Assembly (NCBI GenBank): GCA_030295235.1
Contig: AP026162.1
Location: forward strand, 1,054,001 to 1,118,000
Direction of reading: 5' to 3'
Source: Fistulifera solaris
Taxonomy: Eukaryota
Length of the DNA: 64,000 nt
The notes under the pieces are model-generated. The model saw only the letters and a program-made list of their open reading frames with translations. It made no database searches and had not been told where the DNA came from. Each line of letters starts with the position of its first letter. The first letter of the stretch is position 1. Made by a program: the position numbers and the translations under genes. Positions 1-13,182 of this stretch are shown one piece after another.

Positions 1-303
1 GAGCGTAATAGCCGTTTCCATGAATTTGGCTCTTGCGTACAAATCTGGTTGCTCATGTTCTGAAATACCGACAACGGCGGCATTCGCATACTCTTGTTGA
101 AATATCTGTGATAGTTCGGGCAAAATCTCTGTCTCCACTGACACTACAAGTGTCGTAAACTCTTCTTTAACGAGACAGCTCAATAAATGCGGAGTTGACA
201 GCTGATCACACTGTTCGTAGACGGCAAAAACTTCAAGCAGGCGATCCAGTTCATGATCACGAAGAGGATATCGATCCAGAAGTGATTCGCGAAGAGAAAT
301 CAT
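1..303 (-). CDS. Hypothetical protein, 5' part (runs off window start)
   Basis: Manual translation from ATG 303 gives 101 open codons (MISLRESLLDRYPLRDHELDRLL...KFMETAITL) with no stop before position 1. Confidence 0.6.
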   Translation of the reverse strand, partial: MISLRESLLDRYPLRDHELDRLLEVFAVYEQCDQLSTPHLLSCLVKEEFTTLVVSVETEILPELSQIFQQEYANAAVVGISEHEQPDLYARAKFMETAITL

Positions 304-394
304 AATAGAAATATCAAAATTATAGAAATTATAAACTACTACGTACCAGGTAATTGGATTGAGCGAAACACACAGAATTGAGCAGATTTTTATC

Positions 395-505
395 TTGGGA
401 TGTGATTTTTCACGTTCACAGAAAATGTGGGTGTGGGTTTACATACACAAAAAATGTGGGAATGTGATGTTTTTACGTTGACAGAAATGTGGGGATCTGG
501 TGTTT
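395..505. repeat. Degenerate ~32-bp minisatellite (CAGAAAATGTGGG core), same family as 17830-18045
   Basis: Three copies: cagaaaatgtgggtgtg, caaaaaatgtgggaatgtg, cagaaatgtggggatctg. Confidence 0.7.
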
Positions 506-1125
506 TACTATAATCCAAACAGTTGGTTGTACCAATCCACGACTGATTTCAATCATACCTGGTAAGACTGCATCAGTCCTTCAATCCTTTCTTACATTCA
601 GCCTGCAGCGCGAAATTTTTGTCTTTTTCGCATTTGATTATAGTCTCATTACAATAATAGATCCAAAGCTAATTATGCTCTCACCTTAGAATTTCACGCA
701 ATTGCGATTTCGGCCGGCAATGTCTTCGGGTCCTGACCTTCATGTTTTACTATGATCCAAAGAGTTGGTTATACCAATTCAAGACTGGATTTCAATCATA
801 AGACTGCATCAGTCCTTTTGTAATGCAGCCTGCAGCGCGAACTTTTTCGTCTTTTTTCGCGTTTGACCAAAGTCTCACTACAATAATGGACCCAAATCTA
901 ATTATGTTCTTACTTTGAATTTCGCGAAATTGCGATTTCGGCCGGCAATGTCTTCGGGTCCTGACCTTCATGTTTTTACTATGATCCAAAAAGTTGGTTG
1001 TACCAATTCACGACTGGATTTCAATCATCTATCAATCCTGTATCCTTTGTATACATACAGCCCTCGCAGCCAAGGAGGTAGCGCGATTTTTTATTGTCTT
1101 TTTCGCGTTCGATTTGTTTGATTGC
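501..1125. repeat. Tandem repeat, ~228-242-bp unit, ~2.6 copies
   Basis: TGTTTTACTATRATCCAAA..GTTGGTT.TACCAAT recurs at ~501, ~743 and ~971. TTGCGATTTCGGCCGGCAATGTCTTCGGGTCCTGACCTTCATG is identical in units 1 and 2. Confidence 0.9.
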
Positions 1126-1203
1126 GTCGGTTGTCGGTTTGAGCAGATACATAAGAGGAAAAGCCAATATTGCAGTATTCAATACAAGCAATCATTTTTA
1201 AAA

Positions 1204-3374
1204 ATGACTTTATTAATCGGGAGCTCGAAATGGGCGTGGTTTCTTTTTCTGGTGCAATACTTTGGTTGGCACGTCCGGTCATCGCCGTTTGGAAAACGAC
1301 ATGATTCATCCTTCCGGCATCGCTGGATCAAAGAGGCCACAACGATTCAAGAATACGAATTGTGGGACTCGAATCAAATCAAAGAGGAGTTAGAACGATG
1401 GGCCTCCCATTATCCGCAATTTGTTCGGCTCACAACATCACAAGACGCGTACGGTCTGCCGACCGCCGGACGAGCGGAGGATTGCCCCTTTGATGAAGGC
1501 GATGGCTGTAAAAATTACATTCTGACTTTACAAGACTTTGAGGCGTATCCGGAAGGATCCGAGGCGTCGAGGCATCTTCCCGAAGTCCTGTGGAGTGGAG
1601 AAGTACACGGTGACGAACGAGTGGGCCCGACCGCGGTGCTCGAAGCTACATCACTGCTTTTGTCGGCGGCTGCATGTGAGGCGCTTCCGCGTCGAAATCT
1701 CATGCCAGAGGGGGATGATGAAGAAGTACAAAAGGCTTGGGAGCGGGAACGACAGTTAGCGGACAATTGTCGAATGGAGTTACGACAATTTGGTATTGAG
1801 GATCAACATCGGAAATGGCTTGCCAGGCTCCTTTCGACGCGACGTCTGGTCGTTGTGCCGACAGCAAATGCATTAGGTTACTATAGAAGCGAACGAACAG
1901 AAAATGGAGTGGATGCAAATCGTGATTTTCCCTTTGATTTGACGGATCCGAAACAATGTATGACGACCATCGCCGGAAGAACTTTGAATGAAGTTTTTCG
2001 AGAACACTTGTTTCAGCTTTCTCTTACGTTTCACGGCGGTACAGAAGTCGTGAGCTATGAATGGGGAGCACCCTCTTATGAAGGCTTTGCGTCACCGGAT
2101 GATATTGCACAATCCGCTATTGGAGGGGCCTATAGCCGTTTTGCGGGTGGGTGGTCTACTACAAAACCGTACATCTACGGAAATATGAACGAACTCGTTT
2201 ACCCTGTCAGAGGCGGTATGGAAGACTGGGCGTATGCAGGATCGTGGGATCCCGATCGAGTCATCTCCTGCGAGCCGGATTCGTTTGGTGGCTATCCGAA
2301 GGAAAAGACTATTTATAACAACTCCACTCTTCGGGTATTCAACATGTTAATCGAAACGAGTCACAAGAAAATTCCACATAAATCGACTCTTGGCACTTCT
2401 ATGGATGTCATGCGCAGTGACACTGAGGCGAATGGCCATGTTTCTCGTAACATTCGACTTGCTTTGCTTTCTCTCGAGCTAGTTCAGCCATATCTATCGA
2501 TAGCATCCGTTAACGGATACAGCTTCATAGACGACGTCGTTCCACAGTACCCGCAAAAGATTCGTATTCATGCAAGGTAACAAAAGCGCTGAATGTTTCG
2601 TCAGCCTTGACGGAGCTTACAATTCAATGGACCGTTGGAGGCGCCTTGGACATTGATGATACGCAGTTGTGGTATGGAAAATGGGATGACTTGTTGATGA
2701 ACGAATTGAACTGTTGGTCGCAGCCTTCGACCGATGTGTTGAAAGATGTGCTGAAGAAGGCTTCACCCATCGGGACCATGAGCGGCAAAGGTGCTTTTGC
2801 GACAGGATCGCCCGTCGGAGGCGCCGGTGCTACATTTTCAGCTCTCGTTGACATGTCATCCTTTGAAGCTGGAGATGAAATCATTGTCATTGCGATGGCT
2901 GAGGTCGACAAGGGATGGAAAGATCAACCTAAGAACATAAAACCCCAGGTACCACCGCAATCACACATGGTAAATGCAAGAACAAATCCTGAATGGTATC
3001 ACGAGACTGATGGAAGCGTCATCCAAGGCAGAGTCCAATGGTTTTCGATGCCGGCGACCTTATACATTGTGAGCTCTTCAACTTCGAAAACCATCATTGA
3101 AACGCAAAGCCGATATACGAACTCGAATGCTTCTCCGACATCAAGTTCGGCAGAGGCACACGATAAGAAAGGAGAGGAAGCATTTGTCACAGCCACAACA
3201 CTGTTAATTGTTGTGGCAATTGTTGGTGTGATTTTGCTCATGGGACAAATAATACTCAAAAAACGATTCAGGATTGCAAAGCGCAACAGAGTTCTTCAAT
3301 ACGTGGAAGGAGAATTAGTTGAGTTACCAGGAATATCACAGCAAAATGGCTACGCTGACCAAGAAATTTTATAA
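1204..3374 (+). CDS. M14 zinc carboxypeptidase, secreted/type I membrane; frameshift near 2560-2600
   Basis: Motifs HGDE (HxxE), NGVDANRDFP, LTFHGG and GGMEDWAY. Signal-like N-terminus from ATG 1204. The downstream ORF 2607-3374 supplies a C-terminal TM helix. Confidence 0.85.
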
Positions 3375-3473
3375 TGAATTATTTTAAAGTCATGTTAATT
3401 AGACGACTAAGAATATTATCTTATTCGATTAGTGAAGCGGTGGTGTGCAGCCATCGAAGCCATTTCAAACGAA

Positions 3474-5039
3474 TCATGGCCCATTTTGATTAGATTCTTC
3501 CATCGTAACGTTAGCCGAACTTGGCTGAGGAACATCGTCGAGTTCTTCGGCCTGACCAAGCATTTTGAACAGCGATGCTTGAATGACCCGTTGTCGTTCT
3601 GATGTCATACCCATTTCTTCGTGGTCAAAACCAGTTTCAGAGGGTTCTCTTTCAGGTTCTGGTCTTGTTCGATTTGATGCGGCAGAAGTGCTGTTGGATT
3701 GTCGTCGACGAGAAGCACGCTTCTGATACATTTCGAAGTACCAGGGAGGGTACATAAGATTCATCGATGTAGGAACATCCAACGCCCATTCAGCAGGAAT
3801 TTGAAGACACGCCTGAAGGAAAATGGCGGCGGAATCAAACATGAATTTCGGGCGTGGCGAGTTATGGTCGCCTTCAACAATAATAATATTTTTATCGCCA
3901 GCATACTTGTCGTAAAGTTGCTCGGAATGGTGCTTCTTGATGAAATCATCGTGCTCTCCCGCAACGAATAACGCCGGGATGAAACACTTGTCCGCGTGAG
4001 ATATAGGAGATATTTTCTTGAGATTGAACCCAGCTTGTTTGGTGACTGAATTTTGAAGCATTTTGATTGCTAGCCCAACGACGAAGTTCGGAACTATTAT
4101 CCCCTGCTCTCGACCCTTGTCCACCAACTCTTCGCAGAGTTGCGTCAAATCGGCAAAAGCTGAATCCAAAATCATGCACGCTATCGACGGATCCCGATCT
4201 CCAAACATTAGCGCCGTTGCCGCCCCCATTGAGCGCCCCCACAATGCAATTGTTGAAACAACATTCGTCGCGCGCAAATGGGCAACAACACAAGAGAGAT
4301 CCTCTCGTTCATTGTAGCCCAAGCTCACGTATTCACCATCTGACTTCCCTGATCCGGCAAAATCGAAAGCAAAGACAGCAACGCCCAGCGATAGGAGGTA
4401 CGAAAGCTGCGGCAGAACTTCGACACGAGCCGACGAGTTTCCGTGCATATATACGACAACAGGAATTCGGTCTGTAGCTCGTTCTACTGGTTCCCAATGA
4501 GAGCATTCTAGATTGAAGCCACGTTTTGTCCTCAAAGTGAAATCCGTTCTCGTAAAGCGCTCACCGCAAAATGTAAAGGCGGGAGGACCAAGGCTTTCCA
4601 TCTAGATGTTTCAACGATTCTTAGGAAAGATGACTTCCGAGCAATTGGGTACTCAACTTGACATACTCACCTTATAGTCGGCCCGAGGGGGTCGAATAAT
4701 CGCATTTACGAGCTCTTGATAGCCCAATTTGGCCATTTGTATGTATGACAGTTTCTTCGGATCTTGCTGGGCAGGTGGTTGCTCTTGTTGCTGCATGTGT
4801 TGTCGTTTATCTCGATGCTCTAGCTGCCCCGATGAATCTGAATGACCTGATTCTCTTGAATCTCTCATATGTACATGACCTCCCGTCGAGACACCTTCAT
4901 CTTTCGTATGTTTCGGTTGACATTGTGGGGCAGCTGTACCAAAGTTGATTTTTTGATCAGCGTCCGGCGATTCCAAGTTGAATCCCTCTTCCAGAAACAC
5001 GTTTTCCTCTGGTTCCTCTTCTGATAAAACGTTCCCCAT
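3474..5039 (-). CDS. Alpha/beta hydrolase (YqkD/ABHD-like), 2 exons, intron 4602-4670
   Basis: HGNSS, DFAGSGKSDG, GRSMG nucleophile elbow and GDHN. A GTGAGT...CTAG intron joins IIRPPRADYK to MESLGP. Confidence 0.85.
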
Positions 5040-5547
5040 TGCGGACTTTCGAGTTGCTATTCTATTTTTTTTATTTATAAATCTAGCCTATCGATGAAGG
5101 AATTGTTCATCGTCGTCAACGAAAAAAATTGAAGGTCGTAAAAATAATAACACTCGTCGTTTTTTCGACTTCATCATGACCGTTTTGTCCGTGACGGATT
5201 CTATGTCCTGCGAAAGTAGCACGTTGCCGTCATCGGTACTAAATTCTGTAATGTCTTAAGCACCTCAAACAACTTCACGGTTTCTACTTAATTATCCACA
5301 TTATCCGCAAAAAAGTACCTGTACTGTACCCTCAACGTGTTTGGTGTTTGGTCACGTCTTCGCGTGACACGACGCGCGAGGTGACGTATGATGCTTGTGA
5401 CGTCATGTTCCGAGCGAAGAGCAGACCGAACCCATTTTTCTTTGCAAGCCACCGAAAAAGAAACGCGATGGCGCTCTTGCGTTCTTCCTTCTTGCCTTTT
5501 TGACAAACCACATCTACCTTATCAACGCAATATATCTTCAAAACACA

Positions 5548-6410
5548 ATGGGCGGAGACGACTTGGGAGAAGACCCTTGGCTGCAAGATGTTGTCGCGGA
5601 CAGCGATGATTCCGAAGAGGAAGATGCGACAGTCGAAGTCAAGAAAAGAAAAAATGAAGATATTTCGGAAGAACAGCCAACAGGAAAACGGAGAAAATCG
5701 CCGGAACAACTCATTGCTGAAGCAGGAAGAGGAATCGAAGAGCAGTCAGCGGAAGAGCAGGCTACTTTGATTACGACGGTCGTCAAACACAACAGTATAT
5801 CGTCCTTAGAAAATCCTATTGCAGTTGACAATATTTCCTTCGCAGGAGGATCGTTCGTCAAAGCACCAAATGAGGGATGCTATGCGGATCGCCTTCGTCC
5901 TTTACTGTCAATGAAAAAGCTAAGACGATGGAATCACTCTCAAAGTCCTTGCGTGGTCATCGTTTGTCTGTCAGCTCGACGAGCGGTTGAAATCCTGAAA
6001 GAATTGACTTCGTTGAAGTGCCGGATTGCCAAGCTATTTCCTAAGAACGGTTCAGTGGAACAACAAGCGAAAGAACTACAGAGCTTCCAATTTCCTATTG
6101 TTATTGGCACTCCGCATCGCCTTGCTGCTCTCAGTGGATGTAATGGCTACGGAAGCTACCAGTCTTTGAAATTCAACAAAACTATGCTTCTTGTGATTGA
6201 CTCGTACGTGTCGAACAAGATGTATTCAGTGGTAAGTCCAACTCATCTTTACTTTTTTGAACCCTGTGTTTTTATTTTTTTCATCCCTAAACATCGACCA
6301 CAACCTAGATTTCACTTCCAGACACAGCCCCAGACTGTGCCTCGTTGCTACGCGACGCAGTTCATCCTCAACTGAAACAACGACAAGACTTAAAGATAGC
6401 ATTTATTTAA
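5548..6410 (+). CDS. CMS1: CMS1/CMSS1-like 90S pre-ribosome factor (helicase-like fold), intron 6232-6308
   Basis: MGGDDL start, SARRAVEILK..IAKLF and IVIGTPHRL motifs. A GTAAGT...CTAG intron gives the C-terminus ISLPDTAPDCASLL...IAFI*. Confidence 0.65.
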
Positions 6411-6631
6411 TAAACTTTTCTCAAGCAATCATGAAAATGACCGCATGAAAAGAATTAGGTGTCGTACTTTTAACACGCCTGGGAATACTGTTCCCGTCAC
6501 CAGAGATTGTAATGACCAAAAGGTACAGCCGTTGTTGTCCATACATTGGTCTCAGCCCCATTTTCAAACACAATGAGTTAAGAGAACTTCATCTGACTTG
6601 TAAACTAGTAACAGCAAATACAAGTTGTAGA

Positions 6632-9026
6632 TTAGCCATCCAAGGGAACAGAAATAAACGATGTCTGAGTCGTATTTTGACTGTCGAATGGATCGATCTC
6701 GCGAAGGTGAGCGACTGCTGCTTCGAAGGAGGCGAAGTAATACCCAGTTTCTCCTATTCGGTTGATAGGGTCACATATTGTACGAAGCAAAACACAGAGG
6801 GCGCACGGTCGCTCCATTTCCGCCTTGACGACGCAGTAGATAAAAACAGGCAAAAATTCATCTGCCCCTATGTGACCATGTCTCTCGTCTTCACAGCCTT
6901 TGAGACGCACAAAAATTCTATTAATTTCGCTTGCGGCTTCAACAATGGCTCGAAGTTTGATACAGGGCAGCGAGCTGAGTCCTACGCCCTCCTTTAGAAT
7001 TTTCGCCACAGGCCCCCAATGATGCAGGGTGTTCTCACCCATCGAAAAATATTTTCCAGAGTGCCTGCTGAGCTCCCGCATTTTGTAATGAGCTTCAATA
7101 TCTTCATGCCGCCAGCCATTTACAAGCCACTTTGATAGAACACTTCGTAAAGGAACATACACTTCAATTTCTATTTGCTCGCGGACTGCCTCACGTAGGA
7201 GTTTGTCCCAGAACCCTCCCCCGTGAAGCGATTCATGAATCTTTGAATGCAGCAAGTCGTAACATTCTCTCTCAGATATTGATCGAAAGTCATGCATACA
7301 TCCCAGTAAAATAATATCTTGCAAATGATCTATAAAAGCTTGAACACGGGACAGTTCTTGAATGGCGCGGATTTTCAAAGCCTTTTGCCTTCGGCTTCTA
7401 GAAGTTCGATTTCTTCTAAAGTAGGTTCATGAGATCGTATCCCATCAACGAAGTTTTCGACAGTGGTAGCCATGGTATCAAGTAAAAAGATACGATAGAC
7501 GTAACGTTGGATACTCCTCTTCAGTCCTAGTCGAACGTGGCTCTCATTTGCGTCCATCTCGTCGACATGCCCTTCATTTTCATGCCATCCAACATCCACC
7601 AACGACCCAACTACATTATCCCATCTCAAAAACATTGAACATGATGAGCCACTTCCGCCATACCCGGATGAATGTCCTCCTTGTAAATCATGGCAATTAA
7701 AGCCCGTAAAAACGATTCTAGCTGACGCACTTTGCTAGCCTTGTCGGATGACCGTTCCTTCACAATAGGACTTCTAAAAAGAGATAGCGGACCTTTTGGA
7801 AACGGAAGCGATGCAATTGAGTTGCAAATCGGTGATGTTGCCGCCCGCAAGTCCTGAAAATCCTTAAAGTACCTGACAGGAGCGTACCATTCGCGGCCAG
7901 ACTCGACGTCGTAAATCCATATTGTATAGGCTGTATCATTCTCGTTCTCATAACTGTTTAAGATGCGGACACAAAGCGCTTTTCTAACTCCAACTATAGG
8001 AACAAGAATCTCCTCGTCCTTCCCCTTCTTGGGTATAAAAGTGAACGAGCCATTCATTTCCCATAGTCTTGCTCTTTCATTCAACTGCATAAATTTCCTG
8101 TATTCTTTGACTTCATTTTTAGCAGGAAGCAGTTTCTGTGACACCATTCTAGCTATAAATGGATGACGAAGGCTGTGTTCGGATAGACTGTTAAGCGGTG
8201 TCGAGTAAAACGGTCGCTCCGAGCGGAACGATATCTCAAAGGAGGGAAGCTCTTCCAAGAAATCAGATGTATCAAGGATCGATTGAGTAATCATAGAAGA
8301 GGGCGCCCCGTCATGCTGACTGTCATATTCTTTTATCTTTGCTTTTGGCCTTAAGCAGTGCAACACTACTGGATCCGAGGAAAGAAGCAACGTGCTCGCT
8401 AATCGCTGGAGTGCATTATCAAACTCAGCGTCATGCGAGGAAAAGGACTGTCCATTCACCCCAACAATAATATCGCCAGGTTTGATCCCCGCTTTTGATG
8501 CCGGGCTCCCTGAATCTTCGATATTGATACCAATGGGGTGGCGATTCAACGAATGGACGTAAATTGTGCTATTCTCTGCGAGCAGATTCATCCCGAGCCC
8601 AATTAAAGGATCTCGCACCAGCACAGCAGAAAAACGATCGCCATTTGTCGCTATAGAAGAACTTTCTAAAAAAGAAAAGACTTGTTCCTCAAATCTCTCA
8701 ATAAGTTCCGAGTGCAAGTGAGGCGCACTGACAGGTTGTGTTACAGCATGTTCATTTACCGCTTTCCCATAAGGAGGTGAGATGTGTAACTCCTTGGTGC
8801 GTCGAGTCCGTTGTAAGATGTCACAATGCATGACTTTCAAGTTGTCAACTGTTTCTTCCGGAAAAATTTGCTTTAGTAATGATATTCCTTGAACATCGCT
8901 TTTAACATCTTCAAGCTCGTTCAAAGAGGCAGAGTCGGAAGAGGTCGAAAGTATGGAACATTGTTCTGCCTGTGCCGAGCTCGCCTCGTGATGTTCCGAC
9001 TGCATTGTAAGGGTATTTCCTGTCAT
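6632..9026 (-). CDS. PDZ + PX + VPS9 (Rab5-type GEF) protein; frameshifts near 7626 and 7377
   Basis: PDZ (GLGMNL..SPASKAGIKPGDIIVGVNG), PX (AYTI..RYFKDFQDL..LPFPK) and VPS9 (IGADEFLPVFIYCVV..GETGYYFASFEAAV) in three consecutive ORFs. Confidence 0.8.
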
Positions 9027-10398
9027 CGTGACATTCTTTTGAACTAAGTAACGACCAGTGGTTTCACGATATATTGATTGAGTATTCGTTAAAAAACGAC
9101 AACAAAAAAGAACTTCTCCAGGCGATCCGTGAGGAGACCAAAGATGAGACGTCTTAGTTGTGCAGCATCCACAAATTTTCTGTTAACGCGAGATCACCAC
9201 CATCCCAGATTATCTGTGTACGTCGGACGTGAGAACGTCTTTTCGAGAAATCCGTGTCCCGTGTAAGTTAAAATACTACAGTCTATGTCACTGGTGTGCT
9301 GTTTACTCGCTAAATCACGAGTCTCAAACAGGGTGCAGTCTGTCCGTGCGTCCTCTGCGACATTTTTCAGCCACACTGCGACACAGGCCGAGACTCGAGT
9401 ACCGTTCCGAACTTTCTTTTACATTAAATGCTTACACTTACTTTTCGGGTACTTTAATGGCGTAGTGTGTTCAAACCGTGCTTTTCGGCCGAAAATGCAA
9501 GGGCATAAGCACAGGATTTTTGCCCCATTGCTTTTCACCCTCATTTTCGTGCCATTGAAGCGACCTTTTGAAGCAGATAAACGATCTCCTTCTCAAATTT
9601 TTCTGCATTCATGAAGGAAATAGTAACTTAAAGATGTCGACGAAGATTCTCGCGAAAACTTGATCCAGGAAGGGTTTTATTCTTTTATAGGAAGATGGGT
9701 CTCGTCGATGACTGTTGTCGCCCCAGCGTGAATGTCATCTCACAACGATAGAAGTGCAAGTAGCGACGTCTTGAAAGCGATGTTCTGCAAAGATGGGTCT
9801 ATTCAGAGATTATTAGACACCGTATTCACGATCGGAGTTTTACAATAGTCTAAAAAATCAATGCAAACGCTACCCAATTTACCTGTGTTGGTCGGCTCGT
9901 CCGACTACAACGCGGTTGTGAAATGCTCAATCTGGTTGTATAATGCTCAATCACAATACTCGATCCAATTTCAGAGCAATGAAGCCGTTCACACAATAAA
10001 AAAAATTGGAATCAATATGCTTTCAGGTCTAGACTCTGGACTCTGGACTCTGTACTGATTAGCGGGGAACTTCTTACCCACACACCCGCCTTTGAGAGCG
10101 ACACTGAATTACACAAATACAGGTTTAGTAGAAATAGTGGTCAACTGGGACTGTAGACTAGTAAACTCTGAAGTGGATTATCGGTAATTGGAGGTCATAT
10201 TGCATAGACTAGGTGGTTAGTAGTTGACTATAATCATTTCTCTAGTCACAAAAAAGAATTGCCGGCTTGACTGCGCCATCATAAGGTTCATTTGGATCTA
10301 GTGTACCTGGTACTTCGACCCACAAAATAAAATAACTGATGATGTTAGAGCTTATCAAAATCTATCAAAGATTCCTGCCCACCTTCTACAGTCTTGAA

Positions 10399-13182
10399 TT
10401 ATCGGCCACTTGATCGACGTTTTCTCGGAAGAACACCAGGCCTATCGCTATCTTCTTGTTCCCCTAATTCCGGCAGCTCCCGAGGAATACCACCTGGGGA
10501 ACTTAGACCTGTGTTCAGAGGTGGAAGCGGAAAGCTTAAATCAGATCTGGTAAACGGCCCACTCAGTACATATCCCGGACTAAAATTAGATGGAATGTGA
10601 CCGGAAGGCGACATAAAGAAGTTTGGCGGTAAAAAGCCTTTCGACGAAGGCGATTGTAAGGGCATGTTAAGGAAATCGTAGTGCATGTGAGAAGGCGATT
10701 GGGGTCGACTAGGGCTGGAAGCGATACGAGGCGTCTCTGGTGGCCCGGACCTGGGAATGTCATATCCCGGGTAGGGTTGCTGATAGTAGTACTCGCCAGG
10801 ATGAGCTCTGCCGTGCGATGCAACTGGTGTAGGGTGCTCAGAATATGGTACATCATTCCGCATTCGCTCTGGCGTAGCCCGATTTTTCACTGGGGTACTT
10901 TCGTGACGACCAAGTTCATCAAACCGAGAAGGCATGCGAGGCGTTTGACTCCATCCCTGGGCGTAAGGATATCCAGTATGCTGGCGAGACTCTTGCGCGA
11001 TATCAGCGTGGGTGCGCTTTTCGTGAGGAACGGCCTTTTCATCTTTACTCCGATCGCTGGTCTTAGATTTTGCAACTGCACGGTTACTTCGAGTTGGAGT
11101 CGGTAACGGTTCAGGTTCAGTAGTAACAGCTGATTTGGAGTCTCGCAAGTCGTTGCCACTATCAGTGGGGAGTACTAACGGCCGGATAAGGTAGACATTG
11201 ATAGGTCCACCAGACGCATTCTCTCCCGAACCAGGTTTGCGATCCGCACTATTCAAGAACATCTGGTAACGACGAGAACCTGGCGCTATACCTTGATCTG
11301 GATCTGGTACCTCCAAATTCGTTCCAATCGGAGCCTTGATACCGATGATAGTGTCGTCGCCGTACATATCCAAGCGCGTGATATCAGAGTATCGAATGTA
11401 CATGTTTTTCTGCTGCTGATCTTCAACTTGCTTCGATCCCGGTGGCGCCTTCGTGGAGATATCGATTGCTCGCTCTCTAACAATGTTGAGCATATGGTCA
11501 AGCTGCTGCTCCTCCCTGTTCAGCAGCTGCAATTTTACTCTTCAAAAAAATCATCAGTCCTTCACCACCAACATCTCCCGATTCAAGGGAAACCTCTGGT
11601 CCCATGTTAGATATAGAATTCGAGCAGGAAAGGCCGACATCAGGGTGGTCGTTCCAAGCAACATAATTTTTCCCTTCCTTTTCAAGAGACCAATTCCTTC
11701 AAGAACGTTGGTGATGTCGTATATGCGGCGTTTCTGCACACCTAAGTCTTTCACCGCTTGGTTCAAGTCCAAGGTAGAAGACGGTGCCGTTCGTAGAATA
11801 TGTACAAACTTCTTCGTCAAAAGTCCCAGAGACGAGTCGTATCTTGATTGTCCCAACGACGACGGGGTGCCCATTCGCTCCGAGTCCGCAGGACTTGTGC
11901 GATAGAATAAAGAGGAATCCGGCGTCGAGCCCAAAGTAGAAGGTGTACCTTCTATAAGTTGACGAGTCGGAGTAAAGATTTCCATCGGGGTTGAAGCCAT
12001 CGATGAGGGCGGATAAAGGTCACATGAAATGTGCGAGGGAGAGTGAATCAAAGGAAGGTTCATACAAGAAAGCGGAGAAAAAGGTAGTTCCAAAGGCGTT
12101 GAAGGTCGGGGAGATACGAGGGGATGGTGATCAAATGCATGGGAGAAAGTCGGATTAATGTAGTGAGTAGACCCGGTCAAAATGAAGCATTTGGTCGTTT
12201 CAATCGAGGATCGTTCACAGTCCAAAGAGTTCGGAGGCGGGTAATCAGAGTCGCGGTCAGCGGGATACATTATAAGCAATAAAGAAGAGAAGTGAAGAAG
12301 GATGTGTCAGATTTGAGAGGAAACAAAACAATCATAGCCAACGAGATCACATTTTGTGTCCAACGCAAAGACGTCGCATGAAGTAAGTCCAGCAAGTTGA
12401 TTCATTCTCATTCCAATAGACATGCAGCAGTAGAGTTAGACTTCTATCAATCGGTTTGCCTCCCTTCCGTTTCCCCCAGTGTTAAGAAAGTTGACTAGCC
12501 CGGACGCTTTAGTGCAAGAACGAAAAGAAGCAATGAACGGCAAAAATGCAGTCTCGTTAACGAGTGCCGCTTCGACATGGGTTCGTATACAGACAAAAAT
12601 TTGGCGCGACAAGCGTTCCATAAGGAATTATTTAGAGCGAAATTTTGCCCGCGAGCAGGAAAAACAGTACCCAAGGAATTTAAAATCGAATACATAGGAA
12701 AACACGCGATACAATAGAGTGCGCACAAGCCTCTTCAAATGTCTCAACGGAAAAGTCCCAACTTTTTAGCCACGGAAAAACTCACCTGGTCGTCTTTGAC
12801 TCCGCAATGGGGAAAGCGTCCCTGTTCCCCCCGTAAATGTGCGCCTTTTGACGGATGTTGGCGGAGATCCGTAAGGAAATGCAGCGGCTGACTCGGGTGT
12901 TACCTGTTGCGAATGCGCTCTCAACGGCTCCCCTATTTGGTGATGCATTGGACCAGGAGGCATTGACGTAGCACCATGCGGGTGAGGATATGTTGCGTGT
13001 CGTCCTAAATGCGATGGAGATCCTTGCGGATATGAATAGTCATACACAGGGGGATACATTGGAGCCTGAGGTTGACGTGCCATAGGCGGGGAGCCATAAT
13101 AAGGCTGAGGTGCAGCTGATGTAGACCCATCCTGCGGCTCACGTGCGGTTCGTTTTCTCGGTGAAATCTTCTTCTCTGACAT
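10399..13182 (-). CDS. E2F: E2F transcription factor; probable first exon 13182-12786, long intron, frameshifts near 11665 and 11545
   Basis: [13 protein letters not shown]...[19 protein letters not shown]-binding domain and marked-box-type [23 protein letters not shown]. Linking the upstream exon is inferred from a GTGAG donor at 12785; the acceptor is not resolved. Confidence 0.85.

Noticed and set aside
994..1203. N-terminal extension of the carboxypeptidase ORF
   Set aside because: It starts at TTG inside the tandem repeat; ATG 1204 gives a proper signal peptide.
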